Positions 58,793-64,000 of a stretch of 64,000 nt of DNA are shown here, piece by piece. Origin of the DNA: Alcaligenaceae bacterium (lineage in GTDB: Bacteria; Pseudomonadota; Gammaproteobacteria; Burkholderiales; Burkholderiaceae_B); the NCBI GenBank assembly GCA_947484295.1, contig CANKOW010000001.1, positions 9,295 to 73,294 of the forward strand, written 5' to 3'. Numbering within the stretch: position 1 is the first letter of the stretch; every line of letters starts with the position of its first letter. The notes beneath the pieces are model-generated. The model had not been told where the DNA came from. It saw only the letters and a program-made list of their open reading frames with translations, and did no database searches. The translations under genes and the position numbers were made by a program.

Positions 58793-59929
58793 ATGAAAAT
58801 ACTTCACATCATTACGTCTCTCGATCAAGGTGGTGCAGAAGCGGTGCTATGTCGTTTGCTGACTGCAAAGAACAAGGGTGTGGAGTATTCGGTCATTTCG
58901 CTTAAAGGCGACGGCTTTTATGGAGATATGCTTAGGGCCAATGGTCTTGTTCCGTACTGTTTTCAGTTCAAGCGAGGTTTTCAGCTAACGAGCCTTTTCG
59001 ATTTTATTCGTCTGGTTCGCCTAATTGCTCGGTTATCGCCGGATGTGGTTCAAACCTGGCTGTACCATGCAGATTTATTGGGTGGCGTGGCCGCGCGATT
59101 AGCGAGATGTCGGTGCATCGTGTGGGGTATCAGAACCTCTAGCGTTGGCTCGTCATTGAATGGTTGTTTTACCCGACTAGTGGCTTGGCTTTGCGCACGT
59201 TTATCAAGCGTTGTTCCATCCGCCATTGCTACTTGTTCGATCGAAGCGGTGAAGTCCCATAAAAAAATGGGCTACGACCCAGCCAAATTCCATGTGATTC
59301 CTAACGGGTTTGATTTGGTGGCTTATAAGCCTGATAGGACGAAACGGCAGCAACTACGTCAAGAATGGGGGGTATCGACGGATGAGGTGTTAATTGGTTG
59401 CGTTGCTCGCTGGGACCCCTACAAAGATCACCCCAATTTGTTGCTGGCGCTTAAGCTGGTTGCTGGAACAGGGACACGCGTTCGCTGTGTACTAGTTGGT
59501 AGTGGTCTGACAGAGAGGAACTCAGTTTTGGCTAGGCTGCTGTCTGAGTGCGGCCTGATTGACTCGGTCATTCTTGCAGGCCCTCGTAGCGACATACCAG
59601 CAGTGATGAACGCGTTGGACTTTCACATTTTGCCTAGTGTGAGTGAAGGTTTTCCAAACGTGGTCGCAGAGGCAATGGCATGTGGAACTCGATGCGTGGT
59701 GACTGATGTTGGCGATGCTGCGATGATTGTTGGTGATACTGGTTGGGTCGTGCCAGCTAAGGAATCTGTTTTGCTGGCTCACGCCATCGGCGCTGCGTTA
59801 GGCGATTTTGGTGGCGAGAACGATGCAAAGCTTCGCCTAGAGGCTAGAAAGCGGATTGTGGATAACTTCAGTCTAGAGCGAATGACGCAAGCTTACGTTC
59901 GACTGTGGGCATCAGAAATTTTGACATGA
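58793..59929 (+). CDS. GT4 glycosyltransferase
   Basis: GGAE, WLYHAD, ARW...KDH, SEGFPNVVAEAMACG. Confidence 0.92.
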   Translation: MKILHIITSLDQGGAEAVLCRLLTAKNKGVEYSVISLKGDGFYGDMLRANGLVPYCFQFKRGFQLTSLFDFIRLVRLIARLSPDVVQTWLYHADLLGGVAARLARCRCIVWGIRTSSVGSSLNGCFTRLVAWLCARLSSVVPSAIATCSIEAVKSHKKMGYDPAKFHVIPNGFDLVAYKPDRTKRQQLRQEWGVSTDEVLIGCVARWDPYKDHPNLLLALKLVAGTGTRVRCVLVGSGLTERNSVLARLLSECGLIDSVILAGPRSDIPAVMNALDFHILPSVSEGFPNVVAEAMACGTRCVVTDVGDAAMIVGDTGWVVPAKESVLLAHAIGAALGDFGGENDAKLRLEARKRIVDNFSLERMTQAYVRLWASEILT

Positions 59930-60025
59930 TCAAGATAAGGAGGGCTAGAACGTGCGAGCACATCTCAAAAATTTGAAGTGGCGGCTATCCAACTTGCCAC
60001 ACTATTTTCATCTGAGAGTGGGGGT

Positions 60026-61102
60026 ATGATGGCCTTCGGGGGGGCTTTCAACGGCTGTAAGGTATTGTTGACCGGCCACACCGGTTTCAAAGGTAGTTGG
60101 CTGGCGCTGTGGTTGCAGCAACTCGGCGCCAAACTTGTCGGCTTGTCCTTGCCGCCCGAGACACAGCCCAACCATTGGGATTTGCTTAAGTTAGACATTG
60201 AGGCGCATCACGTTGACATTCGCGACTACGCTGCGGTTCAAAAAGTGGTTTCTAAAGTTCAGCCCGAAATCGTTTTTCACCTGGCTGCGCAGCCTTTGGT
60301 TCGTCGGTCCTATGTCGACCCACTGACCACTTGGGCGACAAATGTGCAGGGGACCGCTCATCTTCTTGAGGCTTGTCGCCATGTCGCAAGCCTTAGGGCG
60401 ATCGTCGCGGTGACAACCGATAAGTGTTACGAGAATCAAGACTGGCTGTGGGGTTACCGAGAAAATGACCGCCTAGGGGGATATGACCCCTACTCGGCAT
60501 CCAAGGCTGGTGCCGAACTTGTAGCGGCCAGTTATCGTCAATCCTATTTCGCGAGCGAGAACGCACCGCTTCTGGCGACTGCGCGTGCTGGTAATGTCAT
60601 TGGGGGAGGCGATTGGTCAGAGGACCGTCTCATACCGGATTTAGCGCGCGCAAGCGTGCGTGGCGAATCCGTAGAAATCCGCTCTCCGTACGCTACTCGA
60701 CCCTGGCAACATGTTCTTGAATCTTTATCTGGCTACTTGCTGCTTGGTCAGCGTTTGTTAGAGCGACAGACCGGTTTCGCCGAAGCGTGGAACTTCGGCC
60801 CCAACGAATCCGGCAATCAGCCGGTTTCGGTTGTTCTCTCAAAGCTCACTGAAACTTGGAGCGAGTTGCGGTGGCATATGACAGGCGCGCCCCAACCGCA
60901 CGAAGCAGCGTTGCTTCAACTGGATAGTGCCAAGGCTCGCACATTACTACAATGGTTGCCGGTCTGGGATCTGGACGAAGGGCTTAGGCAAACGGCTAAC
61001 TGGTACCGCGCTTACGGCGAAAAAGGTGAGGTGATTAGCTTGCAGCAGTTAGCCGAATATAAGTCGGCGGCTCGGGAAAAGAAACTGGGCTGGGCGGTCT
61101 AG
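60026..61102 (+). CDS. rfbG: CDP-glucose 4,6-dehydratase
   Basis: TGHTGFKGSWL, HLAAQPLVR.SY, DKCY, YSASK, RAGNVIGGGDW, RPWQHVLE. Start at ATG 60026 or 60029. Confidence 0.95.
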   Translation: MMAFGGAFNGCKVLLTGHTGFKGSWLALWLQQLGAKLVGLSLPPETQPNHWDLLKLDIEAHHVDIRDYAAVQKVVSKVQPEIVFHLAAQPLVRRSYVDPLTTWATNVQGTAHLLEACRHVASLRAIVAVTTDKCYENQDWLWGYRENDRLGGYDPYSASKAGAELVAASYRQSYFASENAPLLATARAGNVIGGGDWSEDRLIPDLARASVRGESVEIRSPYATRPWQHVLESLSGYLLLGQRLLERQTGFAEAWNFGPNESGNQPVSVVLSKLTETWSELRWHMTGAPQPHEAALLQLDSAKARTLLQWLPVWDLDEGLRQTANWYRAYGEKGEVISLQQLAEYKSAAREKKLGWAV

Positions 61103-61103
61103 T

Positions 61104-61655
61104 ATGAAACTCCATCCAACCTCCCTCGCCGATGTATTCGTTGTACAGACCCAAGCTTTTCGCGACAGTCGCGGCGCATTTTCTCGGTTTTTCTGTGAAC
61201 GCGAGTTGGCCGCAGTCGCGGCGGATCGGCACATTGAGCAGATCAATCACTCGCGTACGGCTATGGTCGGTGCTGTGAGGGGACTGCATTTTCAACGTCC
61301 ACCGCATGCCGAGATGAAAATGGTGCGTTGCCTGAGGGGCCGCGTCTGGGATGTCGCCGTAGATTTGCGCAAGGGCTCTACAACTTATCTGAAATGGCAT
61401 GCGCAGGAACTGTCTGCTTCGAACGCCTTGATGCTTGTGATTCCTGAAGGCTGTGCACACGGTTTTCAGGTGCTCGAGTCGGATTCTGAGTTGTTATATT
61501 TACACACTGCGAGCTATGCGCCCTCTGCCGAGGGCGGGGTGCGTTTTGATGACCCAGCGCTGAACATTTCGTGGCCCTTGCCTGTGTCCGACCTGTCTGA
61601 GCGCGATCAAGAGCATCCGCTTATCGACACAAACTTTTTGAGTATTGCCGTATGA
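61104..61655 (+). CDS. rfbC: NDP-4-keto-6-deoxyglucose 3,5-epimerase
   Basis: D.RG.F, RGLHFQ, DVAVDLRKGS.T, AHGFQ cupin motifs. Confidence 0.93.
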   Translation: MKLHPTSLADVFVVQTQAFRDSRGAFSRFFCERELAAVAADRHIEQINHSRTAMVGAVRGLHFQRPPHAEMKMVRCLRGRVWDVAVDLRKGSTTYLKWHAQELSASNALMLVIPEGCAHGFQVLESDSELLYLHTASYAPSAEGGVRFDDPALNISWPLPVSDLSERDQEHPLIDTNFLSIAV

Positions 61656-62875
61656 ATTGCCGTCACTGCGATAACACACTCGAGCATGTCTTTCTAAATC
61701 TCGGATTTGCCCCGCCCTCTAACGCCTATCTGAACGCCGCCGATCTTCAGGCGCCCGAGAAGTATTTTCCGCTAAAGCTTTTTGTGTGCGATCAATGCTG
61801 GCTTGTTCAGACGGAGGATTACTCCATTTCGGAAGAGCTCTTCACCAAGGACTATGCTTACTTCTCTTCTACTTCGACCACGTGGCTAGAGCACGCGAAA
61901 TCCTATGTTGATACGATCACTGCACGCTTGGGCCTAGGCGCAGATAGTTTCGTTATCGAAGTGGCCTCTAACGACGGTTACCTGCTTAAGAATTTTGTTG
62001 TCAGAGGCGTACCTTGCTTAGGTATTGAGCCCACTGAAAGCACCGCAGCGGTAGCAGAAGCGACAGGCATACCGGTAGAGCGAGAGTTTTTTGGTCAAGA
62101 TCTTGCCATTAAGTTGGCGCAGTCGGACAGGTGCGCTGACCTCATTATTGGTAACAATGTTTATGCCCATGTGCCCAATATCAATGACTTTACGGCTGGC
62201 ATGCAAACTGCCTTGAAGCCGGGCGGCACCATTACGCTCGAATTTCCGCATCTCCTGAGCTTGATACGACTAAACCAGTTTGATACTGCGTACCATGAGC
62301 ACTACTCTTACCTGTCGTTGCAGTCGGTGAAGGCTATCTTTGCTCGTGCCAAGCTAAGAGTGTGCGATGTCGAAAAACTGACTACCCACGGCGGAAGTCT
62401 TCGCATATATGGTTGTCACTCCAACGATGTAAGAGTTGATAGCCCAGCGGTTGCCCGACTCCTTGCAGAGGAAGTTGCCGCTGGCCTGCAACGCTTAGAG
62501 ACTTATAAGTGCTTCCAGCAGGAAGCAGATAACGTTAAGAACAGGCTACTGTCTTTCCTCGTTGAGGCCAAATTGGCGGGCAAATCGGTTGCGGCCTATG
62601 GTGCTGCTGCAAAAGGCAACACTTTAATGAATTATGCGGGTGTCAAGCCAGATCTGCTGCCGTTCGTATGCGATGCAGCCACATCCAAGCAGGGCAAGTT
62701 CATGCCTGGTAGCCACATCCCAATTCTAGCGCCGACAGAGTTACGCAAGCATAAGCCTGATTTTGTATTAATCTTACCGTGGAATATCACCGCTGAAGTG
62801 ATTACATCGAATGAGTTTGTACGCGCGTGGGGCGGAAAGTTTGTGGTTGCGGTACCGACGTTGCAGATATTTTGA
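61652..62875 (+). CDS. NDP-hexose 3-C-methyltransferase
   Basis: Zn-binding CRHC...CDQC.LVQ, EVASNDG, YHEH, HGGSLR, YGAAAKGNT, LPWN. Confidence 0.9.
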   Translation: MNCRHCDNTLEHVFLNLGFAPPSNAYLNAADLQAPEKYFPLKLFVCDQCWLVQTEDYSISEELFTKDYAYFSSTSTTWLEHAKSYVDTITARLGLGADSFVIEVASNDGYLLKNFVVRGVPCLGIEPTESTAAVAEATGIPVEREFFGQDLAIKLAQSDRCADLIIGNNVYAHVPNINDFTAGMQTALKPGGTITLEFPHLLSLIRLNQFDTAYHEHYSYLSLQSVKAIFARAKLRVCDVEKLTTHGGSLRIYGCHSNDVRVDSPAVARLLAEEVAAGLQRLETYKCFQQEADNVKNRLLSFLVEAKLAGKSVAAYGAAAKGNTLMNYAGVKPDLLPFVCDAATSKQGKFMPGSHIPILAPTELRKHKPDFVLILPWNITAEVITSNEFVRAWGGKFVVAVPTLQIF

Positions 62876-63789
62876 TTAAAGTTCTTGTTACGGGTGGAAC
62901 TGGTTTCATAGGGCAGTATTGCCTGAGTCAGTTGCATGAAAAAGGTTATGAGGTTCACGCAGTTTCGTCCGCGCCTCGCGAAAGCACAGTGGCGGTGCAA
63001 TGGCATCATGCTAGCCTTTTGGACGGCCCCCAGACTCGTGCTCTTATCCGTTTAATCAAGCCTTCCCACCTGCTCCACTTGGCTTGGTACACCAAACATG
63101 TTAAATATTGGAACTCTCCAGAAAATCTTAATTGGGTGCAAAGTAGCTTAGCGCTGATTCAAGAGTTCACCAAAGCAGGCGGCGAGCGCCTTGTGTGTGC
63201 TGGCAGTTGTGCCGAGTACGACTGGGGTCACGGAACTTGCGTAGAAGACCTGACACCGCTTGCACCAACAACTCCATATGGAACCTACAAGTATGCTTTA
63301 GGGCTAATGTTGAATACTTGGTGCCAGCAAACGGGCTTGTCCAGCGCGTGGGGTCGTGTTTTTTCAATTTACGGTCCTGCAGAGCATCCCCAGCGACTTG
63401 TGGCCTCGGTGATTAGGGCTCTCTTGAAAAGAGAGGTTGTCACATGCGCTAATCCTAGCCTTATTCGTGACTATTTACATGCTGAGGATGTTGCCTCTGC
63501 GTTTGTTAGGCTGTGCGAAAGTAGGCTTGAAGGTGCGGTGAATGTCGGATCGGGCACTGCGGTCACGTTGCGTGATCTCGTTGAAACGATTGCTGCGAAG
63601 CTTGATGGCCGTAGGTTAGTAAATTTTGGAGGGTCTCAAGCGACTTCGAAAAGCGAGCCGCAGTTGTTGTTGCCCGATATCACGCGACTTATTTCGACTG
63701 GCTGGAAGAAGCGGCTCGATCTCGATGGAGGACTGGACGATACCATCAACTGGTGGAAGGCTCAGGCTCTTTCATCGCCGGCGCAATAA
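62872..63789 (+). CDS. NAD-dependent epimerase / 4-ketoreductase
   Basis: VTGGTGFIG, HLAW, GSCAEY, YGTYK. Likely TTG start at 62872 overlapping the upstream stop. Confidence 0.85.
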   Translation: MIKVLVTGGTGFIGQYCLSQLHEKGYEVHAVSSAPRESTVAVQWHHASLLDGPQTRALIRLIKPSHLLHLAWYTKHVKYWNSPENLNWVQSSLALIQEFTKAGGERLVCAGSCAEYDWGHGTCVEDLTPLAPTTPYGTYKYALGLMLNTWCQQTGLSSAWGRVFSIYGPAEHPQRLVASVIRALLKREVVTCANPSLIRDYLHAEDVASAFVRLCESRLEGAVNVGSGTAVTLRDLVETIAAKLDGRRLVNFGGSQATSKSEPQLLLPDITRLISTGWKKRLDLDGGLDDTINWWKAQALSSPAQ

Positions 63790-63804
63790 CGGCGCTCACA
63801 TACT

Positions 63805-64000
63805 TTGGCCAAGTTCAAGCCCAACATCATTTTCAATACGCTGGGTAACGCGTGGCTCGGTATACTTACTTTGGCGGTTACTCCGTTCCAAGTGCATTTC
63901 CTTGGTGTTGAGGCCTACGGTTTTGTAGGACTCATCTCGATTCTCCAGGTGCTGCTCGGTACTCTTGATCTAGGCATTTCGGCGACGGTGACGAAAGTTG
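63805..64000 (+). CDS. wzx: Wzx-type polysaccharide flippase, 3'-truncated
   Basis: Not in the ORF track. Read by hand: LAKFKPNIIFNTLGNAWLGILTLAVTPFQVHFLGVEAYGFVG...LDLGISATVTKV, a typical Wzx N-terminus. Open to the window end. Confidence 0.75.
   Translation, partial: MAKFKPNIIFNTLGNAWLGILTLAVTPFQVHFLGVEAYGFVGLISILQVLLGTLDLGISATVTKV

Noticed and set aside
1-64000. IS elements, integrases, tRNA/rRNA, CRISPR arrays
   Set aside because: No transposase or integrase motifs and no regularly spaced repeats; intergenic gaps are short and show no such structure by eye.

Overview
The whole 64 kb is one very large, mosaic surface-glycan (LPS O-antigen/capsule/glycosylation) locus, open at both ends. 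It is probably from a betaproteobacterium: the wlbABC-type genes resemble those of Bordetella, but this assignment is inference. It has about 50 CDS and no RNA genes, IS elements or CRISPR. Left part (1-13 kb): membrane GT-C-like proteins, a methyltransferase-GT2 fusion, a TylF-type O-methyltransferase and a divergent five-gene acylation cassette (MaoC dehydratase-ketoreductase fusion, SGNH/DltD-like protein, MBOAT ending in an FLYYQF tyrosine motif, ACP, FkbH). The cassette looks like polyketide lactyl-starter chemistry wired into a Dlt/AlgI-type transmembrane relay, i.e. a candidate cell-surface glycan lactylation system, and it is the most interesting item. Two long + strand operons follow, each led by an exact ops element (GGCGGTAGCGTG). 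Operon 1 (14.4-28.4 kb): fcl, an amidotransferase, seven glycosyltransferases, a GT-C-like protein and a WaaL-like ligase. Operon 2 (28.6 kb to the end): a MarR-EPS regulator, wlbABC diamino-uronate genes, amidation/deacetylation/re-acylation modules, a decorated neuABC nonulosonate cluster with a KpsS-like transferase, a split CDP-3-C-methyl/4-formamido deoxysugar pathway, an ABC flippase and a partial Wzx. All calls come from motif reading; no database search was run.
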